Made by a program: the position numbers and the translations under genes. A stretch of DNA of 63,445 nucleotides, filler included, from Folioceros fuciformis (taxonomy: Eukaryota), in assembly GCA_049999805.1 (NCBI GenBank). It is 4 parts of 4 records of this genome, joined end to end, with 100 filler letters (N's around TTAATTAATTAA, not from the genome) between each part and the next. Parts side by side here need not be neighbours in the genome. Positions count along the whole stretch, not along the records: positions 28,757 to 59,886 come from JBNGIO010005477.1; positions 59,987 to 61,674 come from JBNGIO010005496.1; positions 61,775 to 63,445 come from JBNGIO010005500.1; 1 more part is not named here. One strand, 5' to 3'. Positions 50,433 through 62,900 of this stretch are shown here, piece by piece; the first letter of the stretch is position 1, and every line of letters starts with the position of its first letter. The notes under the pieces are model-generated. The model did no database searches. It saw only the letters and a list, made by a program, of their open reading frames with translations, and was not told the origin of the DNA.

Positions 50433-53400
50433 ATGGAGGAAACGGGGGAGTCTGGGGAGACGAGGGAGACTTGTGCTCCACAGGGAGATTTGCTGTGCTT
50501 TGCAACCTGGCAGAGCGCTGTGGACGAGGGCTTCTGGCAGCGGCTGGCCAATTTCAAGCTGGACACGCAACGGCTGGGGGAGCATCCTGTCCCAATCACG
50601 GGCTTCTTCGCTCCATGTGGCCACGCGAAGCTGCCGTCACGAATGCAGCTCTTGTCCGAGTCTATGCCAGCGGAGTCTGGGGACGTGAAGGAGGTGTCTT
50701 GGAATCGGAACAGATGCCCCGCACCGGGAACACTTTACACCGCTAATTCGCTCGAGAACTTCAAATCGTTGGACGGAAAAGCACTTCTGGAAGGTGCAGC
50801 TCGGCAGGTGTAATTCAACTTCATTGCCTTGATGAGTCTGTTACAAGTTATGTTGTGCGGCTGATTGGAATGTGACGATGAGTGCGTGAGTTTATTGCAG
50901 ATATGGGACGACATCCGATCCGGGCGAGCAGAAGAGTCCAGTAACCTGCTGAACCGTTTCGTGGTGATTTCCTATGCGGATTTGAAGAAGTGGAGATTCT
51001 ACTACTGGTTTGCTTTCCCGGCGATTGTCCTTCCTACCCCAGCCTCTGTTTCCTCTGTGAAGCCGGCCTCTGAGTTTTGGAGCTCAGATCAGGTAGACCG
51101 TCTGCCATATTGATTGCTATTGGTAACCAGTACCTGGCTCGATGTGGCTGATAGTTTGTTGACTTCATGCACTCGGTGTTTTTCGCAACAGGCTGGCGGT
51201 TTCCTGTCAGCTTGTAAATGTTGGAGGGAATCGAAATCAGAGGCATGTAAGTGAGTCAGGCTGAAAGTGATCAAGGTGTGGTAGGGATCTTGAGGGACTT
51301 GTAACTGCTTGCGACGCGTCATGTCTTGGTGCGTAGCTAGTTAGTTTTGTTCTGAACTTGGAGACATCGCCTACAGGCTCGCCTTTTTTCCTTCTGTACA
51401 AGGGCCATGATGACTCTGTAACGGCAAGGCCATTGGGTGAGTGGCGTACCTTGAAGCAGGACGGAGGCGAGGTTTGTTCGATTCCCTGCCTGGCTCCTCA
51501 AATGCCGCATTGTTCTTGCAGTCCCCTCCATTAAGCTGTCCACGTCGCATGTACAGCAGTATCAAGTACAAGGAGTAGTTGCTGGCACACGCAATTATTT
51601 CCATAGCTGTTCAGCTAGGTGCAGTGTGAACTGAACCCTGACACTGAGAACGGTGGCTGTGTGACAGATTGTTTGTGCATTCTATGATCCCTGCCACTCT
51701 AATGAACATCCAGGATGGCCTCTTCGAAATTTCCTTGCTCTGGCTGTTCAACTGTGGCAAGTGACGGACCTGCAAGTGCTGTGCTACCGGGAAACACGAG
51801 GGCAACCTGATTTTCAGCATAGTTTGGTTCTTGATGTTATTCTTCCGAAAATTCCAGGTAAGTTGTTGAGGATACTCGTCTGTAGCAATGTAAGGGCTCA
51901 CTTGCAAGGTGAGAAGTGCCGCACAATAGCTCGAAGGTTGTGCACAATGGGAAAATTCAAATTTGGAAACCTTTTGTTTGAAAGATAAGAAATCGTCGAA
52001 GGTTGTGCAGAATGGGAGGTTTCAAATTTGAAAACCATTGGTTGGGAGATGAACACTCGAACAAAGAAGTATGGGCCCCAAATTGCTGACCTGGGCGATG
52101 TACTCGACCCCGTCAAGTGAGTTTCGTGGCTACATGTCAACTGATGTTTTAGGCAGTATCCTCAGTCTGAAGGTATCTTACTGCTCTCAGGCTAGCTGCA
52201 TCAGCTGCTGATCTCAACTTGAAGCTGATGAGGTGGCGCCTGTTGCCATCTTTGAACTTGGAGCGATTATCGTCCGTAAAATGCTTGATTCTTGGAGCTG
52301 GTACATTGGGTTGTCAGGTTGCACGTAATCTGATGGTAATGTTGGTTTTGTTGACCTTGAGGAGGGTGAAACGTTTTCATGTACTTCTGGCTTTATGAAG
52401 TTATGTAATGTGCTTCTCCCTAACTCTGTATAGATGCCTTGTTTCACAGGCTTGGGGTGTAAAGCATATCACACTTGTAGACAGCGGGCGTGTAGCAATG
52501 TCCAACCCTGTCCGACAATGTTTATATACTCTTGAGGATTCCCTTAATGGTGGTAAACCGAAGGCAGAAGCAGCAGCTGTGAATCTGAAGCGTATCTTCC
52601 CTGGTGTGGTAGTTGGACTGATCCTGAGCTTTTGCTGGATGCTATACAGATTTGGTTAGCTTTTCATTGGTCCTTTGAGTTGCAACCGTAGACTACTGAG
52701 AACCTACAGTTTGTCAGACTGACATGCATCCTGTAGGAAGCAAGAGGGATTCAAATGACAATCCCAATGCCTGGCCACAGTGTATCGCAGCAACAGGAAG
52801 CTCATGTGAAAGAGCAGTGTAGGCAGCTAAAACAGCTGGTGGATGAACATGACATCGTCTTTCTGCTAACTGACACGAGAGAGAGTCGATGGTTGCCAAC
52901 ACTCTTGTGTGCTGAGGGAAACAAGGTGATTGGCTTGAGTGGATGTTCGTCTATTCTGTGTTTCTCGTACAGTATTTGTTATGCTGAGTGGCATCAGAAT
53001 CTAATGTTTTAAAGGCTTTGATGCAGATTGCAATAAATGCCGCACTGGGTTTCGATACTTTCTTGGTCATGAGACACGGAACAGGACCTGCGTCTGGTCA
53101 GCAGGACGAATGTCCACCTAGATCACGTTTGGGATGCTATTTTTGCAACGACGTAGTCGCTCCACAGGATGTGGGTGTTCTTGTTTCTGTGTTAGGGGTC
53201 ATCTCGTCCTTGACTTGGTTTTCGTTGTTAATAGAATTGTGAGTGGACACTAAAGTGAAGGCTGTGAGTTCTTGGTGTGACGCAGTCCATGGCGCAGCGA
53301 ACTCTTGATCAACAGTGCACTGTGACCAGACCAGGTTTGGCTCCAATGGCAGGTGCTCTTGCGGTGGAGCTGGCTGTGAACATCTTGCATCATCCTGATG

Positions 53401-53915
53401 GGTCTGCCTCTCTTCCCCTGCTCTTGCTCCCTGTGGTGGAAAAGTGCTATGTTCTAGGTGTCAACATCTTCTAAGGATCTCACCCAAAGCTGGGTTGTCG
53501 TCTTGTTGCAGCAACAGTGCACCCGCGGATCCTGCCCCTCCGATCACTGCTAGCACCGACGAGCCACTGGGCATTCTACCTCATCAGGTGAGAGGGTTTG
53601 TGGCCCATTTTTCACAACTCGTGGTGACAGGCCACGCCTTCGACAAGTGTACTGCCTGCTCTAGCGTGGTGAGTAACGACGTACATCCTGTGCCTACGCT
53701 GTCCTGGTTTTACGTGGTGGAACTGTTTAGAAACGGAAGTGGTAATGTGTAGCTAATTAGCTCCAAATGCACAGGTGGTGGAGGAATTCCGTAAACGAGA
53801 CACGGATTTCATTCTGGATGTTTTGAATTACCCTACTTATTTGGAAGACTTAACGGGTATCACAGAGTTAGTTGCAGCTACTTCTAATCTAAGTGTAGAC
53901 TGGGATGAGGAATAG
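50433..53915 (+). CDS. ATG7: Ubiquitin-like modifier-activating enzyme ATG7, multi-exon
   Basis: [67 protein letters not shown] and [15 protein letters not shown]. Confidence 0.97.
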
Positions 53916-54287
53916 AGTACTTGGTCAGGATGCGCAAGGGTGGTTGCAGCTCGGGCGAGCAATTGGAAATTGGATTCATTTGTTTCGCTATGACCTGGCT
54001 GTTACATCCAACAGAGGAGTGTGTCGTAGAGGACAATCTGGAAGAACATTGCCTAGTTGCTTCTGGATACACACGTACACTCGATTCAGGGGTTTTTCAA
54101 GACTCACAGCTTCGATCAGTTCCGAGGAGGACGGTTCTCATGTTCGTTCAGATATATTACAGACACTGTCTAGTTTAGGGTCGTTTCAGGGCAGAGAGGT
54201 GGCTCGCAGGTCAGTGAGATGCAGCAGCCTTGCAGTACCGTGTCTTATTTTACAGGACTTGGGGATGGAGTTGCGCAGGGCGATCGA

Positions 54288-57136
54288 TCACTGCCTCGAC
54301 GTGGTGAGGTGAACCATGAGCGTGAGAAATTCCGCAAAATCCAGCGCCCAGTCTCCACTTGAGTCCCCCCGGAGCATCAAATCCCTCAGCTCTGCCTGCG
54401 AGCACTCCAACCCTCTCAGCATCAACCCCGTGCCCAGCTCCTGGAGCGAGATGCGGCCGTCCCCGTCCCGATCATAGGCCCTGAACTCCGCCCTCCAGGC
54501 CTGCAGCTGCGCGGGGCTGATCTGCGGAGCGTCCTCAGCCCCGGGCCCCAGGCGGCCCATGAGATTCAGAAACTCCCCGAACTCCAGCTTCCCGTTCCCG
54601 TCCAAATCCCCCGCGGCAATGTAGGCCCGCACCTCCTCCTCCCCCACGTCCTGCCCCAGCAGCCGCAGCAGCGCCCCGAGCTGGTCCATCGTCAGGCTAC
54701 CGTCCCCGTCCTGGTCCAGCAGGTTGAACTTCTCGCGGTACACCGCCACCAGCTCCGGCCTGACCTCGGGGATCGCGAGGGGTCCATCGGGAACCGGAGA
54801 TGCCGGTGAGGAGTCGGGCGTGGCCACGGAAGCGGAGGCAGCGGCCATGACGATGAGGAACTCCGGCAAGCTTAGGCTGCCGTTGCCGTCCAGGTCGCCC
54901 TCGCCAATCATGGCGGCCACCTCGGCCTCGCTGGCCGTCTGGCCGAAACGGCGTAGCGCGGCGCCGAGCTCGCGCGCGCTGATGCTCCCGTCGCCGTCTG
55001 CATCGAAGATGCCGAAGAGAGTGGTGAAGTGCAGAAGCTGCTCCGGGGACAGCCGCGGCTGGAACTGGGAGACGGAGCTACGGCGACCGGCGCCGCCGGT
55101 CATGAAGTCGAGGAACTCGGCGAAGTCGAGGGTGCCGTTGCCGTCCGCGTCCGCCTGGGCCATCACCACCTGCAGCTCCGTCTGGCTGAGGTTGTGGCCC
55201 AGCAGGCGCATGGCGGTGGCCAGCTCCTGCGTCGTGATGTGGCCGTCGCCGTCCCTATCGAAGACCATGAACGCCTCCTTCAGCCGGGATACGTGCTCCA
55301 GGGTGAGCGGCTGCGAGGACGAGGGCGACTCCGCCGTGGCGCAGATCAGCTCGTGATGGGTGTACATGAGATCCAGGAACTCCGCCATGTCGATCACACC
55401 GTCCCCGTCCACGTCCACGCTGCGCATCATGGCCTGGAGCTGATCGGGGGTGGGCATTTCACCCAGCAGCCGCAGCGCCACGCCCAGCTCGTCGATGGTG
55501 ACGCCGCCGTCCCCGTCCCGGTCGAAGGCGGTGAAGGCGTCTTTGAAATGCGCGATCTTCTCGGGAGTGAGGTTGGGGAACCGTCGCTGCAGCTCCTGCT
55601 TCACGGCTATGCATTCCTCGTCCTGCTCCGCCCAGGCGAGCACCTGGTTGATCATGAGAAGGGCCTCGCCGCACAGGCGCTGCCCGGCCAGCCGCAGTGC
55701 TTCGGCGCGGTATTCCTTCCGCCGCCGCCGGAACTTCTCCTCCTGCTCTGGGAATTTGTCGAAAAGTCTGCTGCGCACGTCGATGTCGTCGAACTCGATC
55801 TTGAGGGGGCGGTCCTCCCGCCGGTCGAAGGGGCTGCGTGTCATGCTGCTGGCGTGGTCGATGAAGGTCCATCTGTCGTACGTCCGCCCATCACTGCCCT
55901 TCACCGGATCGCACATCACTTCCCAGGTGATGGGGTCGTGGTACCACTTGAGCGTGTCCGTCGCAGGACTCTTTTTGGACTTGCTGGGTGGCTGATGGAT
56001 GTCCGGCACGGGTGCTGGTGTTGCAATGGCACGCCCATCTGCAGCCCTGCTGTTCCTGCTCTTCGACGGCGCTTCCAGTTCCTGCACAATCTACAGTCCA
56101 GCGTAGCCCAAGACCAAGGTCATCAGTACTCCCCCACCCCTAGCCTAGGTGCGGACATGCGTATGCTGGTTGCAATCTTGGCTCGTGTATGACAAACACT
56201 GGCTGCAACGGGATGGTCACCACAGGGCCCGGACACTTACGTGCGAGAAAAACTGCCGCACTTCATCGCTCTGTGGCTCTGTCGCCTTGAGGAAGAAGAG
56301 AGCCTCGTCCATTTTGCGGGGAAACGGCTCCATCTCAGCCCGAACGGGCTGCCACAGCCCGTGCAGCTCCCGTTGGAGCACATCCTTCAGAGACGGCGCG
56401 CTCTCGGTTGTCAGAGCCTTGACAAGGCCTTCAACCCTGGACAAGGCGGCCTCGAACTCCTCCTCGTTTCCACGACTCTTTAAGTCCACCTGCAACCGAG
56501 CCCCAGAGCAACCCAGGTCACTCCACCTGCCAGTGCACCCAAGCCCCCAACCAAACCCAAGCACAAACAGGGTCACCCCTTCCTTTCCTGCTTGCAACCA
56601 AATGACAGTCATCCAAGTCTTGTGGACGCGTCCCACGCACATTCAAGACAGTGAACAAGATGGTTATCTGGAAAAGTGTGACGATGCGCTCACGGAGCAG
56701 CCGCAGCTCCGAGTGCACCTTCTTGGCATCCCACACCGAGTCAAAGAAGCCCTTGCCTAGGATCTTATACGCCTGCCTAGCTGCGTCCCGCAAATCCACC
56801 ACCAACCCCTCTGCAACCAAGCACCCGATATGACAGACAAGGCCCCTCAGCTTAGCCTCTTGCCTCCAGGCTCAAGGTGGACATCAATGGGTGCAAGCCC
56901 TCAGTGTTGCACATACCATTAGCCAATGTTGCGGCGTTGTTGCGTGCCGACGTGTCGCCACTCAGCAACTTGATGTTCTCCTCCAGATTCCTCATCAAAG
57001 CATCGAGCTCCACGGCGACATCCTCCGTACTGCCGTCGCCATCCTGCTTCTGATCCCACAACCCCTTGCCCAAGAGCACGATCCTCAGCAGCGTCTCCGC
57101 ACCAGAGATGGCCGCCTTCACAACAGACTCCCCCAT
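54288..57136 (-). CDS. Multidomain protein of about 813 aa: N-terminal helical bundle, U-box, TPR-like hairpin and 5 calmodulin-like lobes (10 EF-hands)
   Basis: Phase-consistent GT-AG exons 57136-56917, 56810-56641, 56489-56241 and 56090-54288 (2442 nt). U-box-like DPITWEVMCDPVKGSDGRTYDR..SPF. Ten EF-loop motifs, eight with canonical DxDG(D/N)G....E. Confidence 0.85.
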
Positions 57137-57859
57137 TCCTGCACCAGCACCCGGGACTGGCAGCCCAGCCACAGGCGTAGCTTGTTACGACGGAATTCGA
57201 TTCCAGAAAGAGTGAAACCAAAGGAATCCGCTAGCCGTGAGCGTCTTGGGTTTGATCCGTTCGAGACGAGGATTCGCAAATTGCGCTGCAACTGTCAGGA
57301 AGGTGTGACAAGCGTGTGGACTTGGTCATCAGCTTCCGAAGACCGCCATCCCGAGTTCATCAATTCCAGATCACTCTAACCAAAACCCACCACCATGGTC
57401 CCGGGTACGACACAGGAAGGCGCAATATGCCACACGATGACCAACAGTTTACCCCTAACCCGATCACTTTAAGCGATTAACTGTGCGTCTCGTCTGACGA
57501 TCTGACTCTGTTCAAATAGCTGGGATGGTAAAGCATGAGGTACCTTCCTTGTACGTGGCGCTTTCGAGTAGGGAGCAGGCTCAAGGCTCCAAGCTCGCCT
57601 CCAGAGTCCACAGCGCCTGCTGGTGCGAATCTTCCAGTTGGACGGCATGGCCCCTCATTGCTGCAACAAACAGCTGCTGTTGACCCGTCAGTCACAAATC
57701 GAGCCCAATATTTCGGTTCTTTCAGGAAACATTTTTTGTTGCCCTATCTTCCGGGCGTGGACTGTTAGGAGAAGGGCTGGTCCTGCTGGCCGTGACCTTA
57801 CATCTCAATGGAGCTTTCTCATGACTCTGACCTTAGCAGCCGTGGAGGGTCAACAACGG

Positions 57860-59100
57860 CTGAGACTGTCAGCAAACTCTGTGATCAGAAGCTGCTAAGT
57901 GATGAGGCTTACCAGGGTTTGGGAGTTCTGGACATGTATGCTTCTCCTGCCCGGTTGCTAGACGCGATGGATGTGTTCACCATGGTGCCCAACCCAGGTG
58001 CTATCACGTAGTCTGCCCATTCTTTCTTTGGGGCCCATGATGAGCACGGGCCAGCTAGATGGGGCATAGAACTTCATCATCAGTCGGGCAGCTCGATCTG
58101 AGCTTCCCCCGGTGTTGGCCACTGACGGTGAGCCAGGTTTGCTTCTTTCCAATGGACATGAATTTATGCAAAAGGTAGCAGCCTTCAGGATGCTCAGGGT
58201 GTGCTTGATGATAACAGGACATTGTCAGCAGGGCATGGCTTAGAAATCCCTTGATCAGCAACGTTCAATGTAAGAAGAAGGCACCCGATGTGGCACCCGA
58301 TGGTCGGGAAGTTGTATCCGTGCAACAGGCATATGCCAGCGTGGGTAATTCGGTCTTGGAGACGGTAAAGCAGCTGCATGCACAGATTGGATCCAGAGCA
58401 AGGTCTTCAGGTTGATGCAGTTGTGGGTTGCAGCCTGGTGAACCATGTATGCATATGAAAACGTGGCATCCTTGCGGGTGCCCAGAGCGTGTTCCCAGAC
58501 GAACGTGGTTCAGGGACCAGGAATTCCGTGATACCGTGATTCTCCCGTCGGGCCTTGGTACAAGAATCCCTTACATCTTCAGGTTGTTACGCAAGAGGAA
58601 GGCGTGATTGCACCTGATCCTGAGACCTTCAATTCTCACCTGCAGGAATGTGCAAGCGTGGGTAGCCCGAGTTTCGAGGATGGGAAGTGGCTTCATGGAC
58701 AAAAAATGGGAGAGCAAGGACTTCAGCTTGATCTGGTATGAGCAGCTAGGTAAAATTGTGGTGTGGTAGATTTGGGCTCAATTTGGTTGCTGCTGCAGAA
58801 TTGATGGGACAGAAGTCCAGCGGCCTCTCACGTGGTTTTTTTTTATCGAATCACTTCTTCGTTTTGAGCAGACAGCTTCACCCCTTCTGCCTAAGGTACG
58901 CTGCTACTGAGAACGAGTTGATGTGGTTGTCCCTCATCTGGTCGCACTCAGTCAGCTGCTTTCCAAACCTCTTTGCAAAATATGGCCCCTTAACAGCATG
59001 ATTGATCCGAGGTGCATCGCTCCCGTATGCAAGAGCGGATGAAGTGAATGAATTGGGCAAAGCTGGGGACAATTCCTCCATGAGTCGGGTAAGCCTCCCT
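57860..59100 (+). pseudogene. Decayed PLS-type pentatricopeptide repeat (PPR) gene remnant
   Basis: PPR-like fragments in shifting frames with many stops: VLDMYASPARLLDAMDVFTMVPNPGAIT*, QAYASVG..LETVKQLHAQI, VDAVVGCSLV and PDPETFNSHLQECASVG...DGKWLHG. Confidence 0.7.
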
Positions 59101-59986
59101 TGGGAAATCTGATCTGGTGTATCTTTGTCCTCAAGCTCGTAGATCTCTGTGACGTTAAGTTAGAGAGGACGATGTGGCAACGCAGAAGAATGAAGGAGGG
59201 AAGGAAGGATGCGATCTTCGTATCATGTACATATCCATATTGGTAGTGATTAGGCCTCAAGTGGGCTAGCCCCTAATGTTCCTATCATGGTGATGGATCT
59301 TTCCATCTTGAATGTAATTTAAAATGAATTGGATGTGGTGGCGGAGAAATCCTGGGTGGGGCTTGCGTGCGAGGAAGGGAGGGTGAAGCATACGGGGTTG
59401 CGCGGAATGCAAGATATGGCCATTTTATTGTACTGTACGACGAGGGGGCCACGTGGAGGGAGACGAGGAGGAGCGTATTTTCCAGCGTGGCGTCCCCACG
59501 AATGGGATTCGCCAATTGGCATCGCCGAATGGTGCCCCTGAGAAGGCCACGTCGGAAAATGCCACGGCGCTTCTGCCGCCGCCGCTACTCGCCTGGCCGC
59601 CACTCGCATCGCAGCGGATAACCCTAACCTGGATGGAGGGGGACAGGGAGAGAGGCAGGCAGGGATCGAGGGTGGCCAATGGGAACAGCCAAGCCCCGGT
59701 TTTAGGGTCGCTCCACTTGGCACAGGACTGCTTCGAGGATGGCCGCCCACCGCACGCCGCGTGGCAGACACGTCAGGAATCTGCTCTCGCTGCGGCCTAC
59801 GGGTCTTGGTCGCGCCCGCGGAAGCACCCCGGGACCGGTCCTCACGCGACACTCCGACACGTGGACCGGAATCTACCACTGTAATTNNNNNNNNNNNNNN
59901 NNNNNNNNNNNNNNNNNNNNNNNNNNNNNNTTAATTAATTAANNNNNNNNNNNNNNNNNNNNNNNNNNNNNNNNNNNNNNNNNNNN

Positions 59987-62900
59987 TCGTTGAGACATTG
60001 GGTTTCGTTCCCACGAAGGAGCGATGGGGTTCCGTGCTGCTGTGGATGGAGGGTCGGACTTGATCGACTCGATGACGGATTCGAGGGCTCCCCTCCAGCT
60101 CCGATCAGGCGTAGGACAGGCCTCGCTGTCCGGCGGTTAGCTGCACCTCTTTTGGTGCCCACAAACTCAATCCAGTCACTACAACGACTCTAACCTCTCA
60201 GATCTGCGACTTCCCTCACACACTTCACTTACTCTCTCACTCCAGCACCAACACCAGCAACGACACCACTACCTTGTACACTTCCCTACGGACTCCTCCT
60301 ACCCGGCAAGAGTCACTAGACTAACCCCAAACAAAAGGAAGAAGGGAACACACTCCCCTCTTGGGTATCTCCTCCCCACAACCTTACCAGACGCCATGAG
60401 ACATGGCCGGCCTACAGCACTTGACCAAGCAAGGAACAAGAGTGGACAGGTTGAGAGAAAGACACACCCTTTACATCAAGAGCTAGGGGCAAGCCCCTAC
60501 ACCCGGGTCATTACACCTTGTGATCCTACCAGACACTGTACAGCCGGCAACACGCTGCCTGCGATCCTACCAGACACTGTACAGCCGGCAACACACGGCT
60601 TGCGATCCTACCAGACGTTGCACAGCCGGCAACACACTGCAGGTCCTAAAAACCAAGCAGGGACAGACCACAAGAGCTCATGAAGAGAGGACCTCCAAGA
60701 GCTCACGAAGAGATAGCCTGACTCCCCAAAGTGAATGACTCCTTCTTCCTTCAGGCTCACCTGATCTTATAGGAGCCTCTCTCTCTCTCTGACTTCACCT
60801 CTCTCTAACTTGAGAAATATTATTTTAATAGCCTAGCCAGCTGTCACCAGCCACTTATTTAGACTTCTAGCACAACCTGCCACCAATGAGCTCCTGGCCC
60901 TACCACCACAAGGATCTACCACCTCTTAGACTATCCTGAGACTTCAGAGGATGTCTGATCTTGAAAGATCTGCGGACGCCGCCTCTTCCTTGCTGGATGG
61001 TCGCCCGCTAAGTCTTCCCCTGCAACTGTTCACCCTTGGTGGCTGAGCCAGCCTCTAGGGAAGGAGCATGAGCAATGGGAAAGATAGAGAAGAGGTGGGA
61101 AGGAATGGGATCAGCAGCCGGAACCTGGCCTGAAAACGGTAGCTTATTCAGCGGGATCAGCTCCCAGCCGAAATGGTTCCTCGGCCATGGAAGACTAACC
61201 CCGAGGTGCTGGGGAAGGCCCGGAACTAAGAGGAAAAGAAAGTAGGTGAAACGAAGTTGAAATGGAATTTCTGGAATTAAATCCAGAAAAATAGGGAAGA
61301 AAATAGAAAAGGGGAAATTAGGAAAATAAAAAGAAAAGGAATACGGGGGTACGTATACGGTATAAATATCAGTATGTATTAAATACGTATCTAAACCGTA
61401 TAAAATATAAGGGGGTATACGTATATGGACCGTATACGGTCTCTAAAAAAACACCTTACTTGGAGTAAGGGGAGGGAGCGGGATGGAGGAGCGGGCAGAA
61501 ATCAGAAATGGGGGGGGAAGACGGGCAGAATGGACCACGGGAGCGGGCGGGACGGGCAGATCCGGCGCCGCGGTGGCTGGGGAAATCAGCGCGCCGCCGC
61601 AGCTAGGAAAATTGGTTAGCAGCGGGGTAGGATGGGCAGGAGGCTGAGGTAGAGATGGACAGCAGCGGAGGAGGNNNNNNNNNNNNNNNNNNNNNNNNNN
61701 NNNNNNNNNNNNNNNNNNTTAATTAATTAANNNNNNNNNNNNNNNNNNNNNNNNNNNNNNNNNNNNNNNNNNNNTCATGAAGTAAGAGCTGAAGACCAAA
61801 GGGTGGCAAATGACAAAATGAATTAAGGGGACTTTCCTAGCCTTATAGGATCTCCCCTCTCTCTTCATGCTCTCTCTCTCTATAGGTCAATACTATGAAA
61901 AGTCAACTAATTAATGAACCTCTTGGCTCACTTATCTAGGCTTGCCTAGAAAATGACCTAGTGTCAGAACTCTTAATGGGCCTACCATTTAGGCCCAATC
62001 ACCACAAGTTAGCATGAACTAAGTCTAAACAGTGGGGTATGACCCCACTTCTGACACTCCTTCGCCAGTTGTCCTTGGGAGGGAACCTTCTGATCTTCTA
62101 CTGGCTGAAATTATCCTCCTCGTCCTTCGGTGCTGTCACTTTATCAGCTGGTCTCTTCCTTATTGCTGACTGTGGTGCAGTTGTTGGGTTGCTCTCCAAA
62201 GGCATAGGAGGAGAGGACTTCTCCTGTCCTATAGGCAACAAAACTGACAGATCCACGTTAGCTTTTGTCCTAGGGTTAGGTGTCCCCAAGATCTCCTATC
62301 TGTCACATGTGCATTTCGCATCTGTCAGTGGCACTCCCCTACCAATCTTGGGGTGGGCATAGGACCAATGTTGTCCGTAGAGCCATTCCATCCTAACGTT
62401 AGGATCCGTAGCATAGGGACGGAAGTCCCACATATCCTTGGGTGACACCTGTCCTACAAGGCACAAAAATTTTGTGTTCTCTTGCTTGGGGGCACTGGTG
62501 GAGCGGGAGTGGAATCCACCTGTACCTCTGTCTCACCCATGCTCTTCCTTGTCTTCATGTTTTGCTGGTGGAGCCCCAAGTCCAGTCACTGCCGACAACA
62601 CTTCCATCCGTGAAAGAGAAAAGTACCTCAGCATTGGAGACTCCTACAACCGGGCTCCTACCCGTGACTCATAGCACTGCTTGCAACCCCTTCATCAGCT
62701 CCCAGGCCACCCTTTATCACCACTCTTGCAATTGTCACCTGCACCCCGAGAAGGAAAAAAAGGGGGGGGAAGGAAAGGAGGCCGAGAGCCACACCCCCTC
62801 CTTTGTTCTTAGCCACAACCCATGGAGTTTGAGGCACCTGCCTTGCTCCTTGCCCATAAGTGAAGAAGAGAAGGAAAAAACAAGCAAAAAGGGGTAGGAT

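Noticed and set aside
51487-51507. miR160-like 21-mer TGCCTGGCTCCTCAAATGCCG in an ATG7 intron
   Set aside because: It has five mismatches to miR160 and no complementary star arm nearby.
54724-56192. Long + strand ORFs (210 and 387 aa) opposite the EF-hand exon
   Set aside because: Antisense shadow ORFs are expected from high GC3.
3831-57136. Apparent proteostasis/autophagy cluster (VPS26, TMEM41, PAF1, ATG7, U-box genes)
   Set aside because: These genes are interspersed with unrelated ones, and chance co-location in a gene-dense genome is enough to explain it.
61340-61442. Palindromic CGTATACG-rich tract
   Set aside because: Short AT-rich palindromes in a TE-like contig with no definable element or function.
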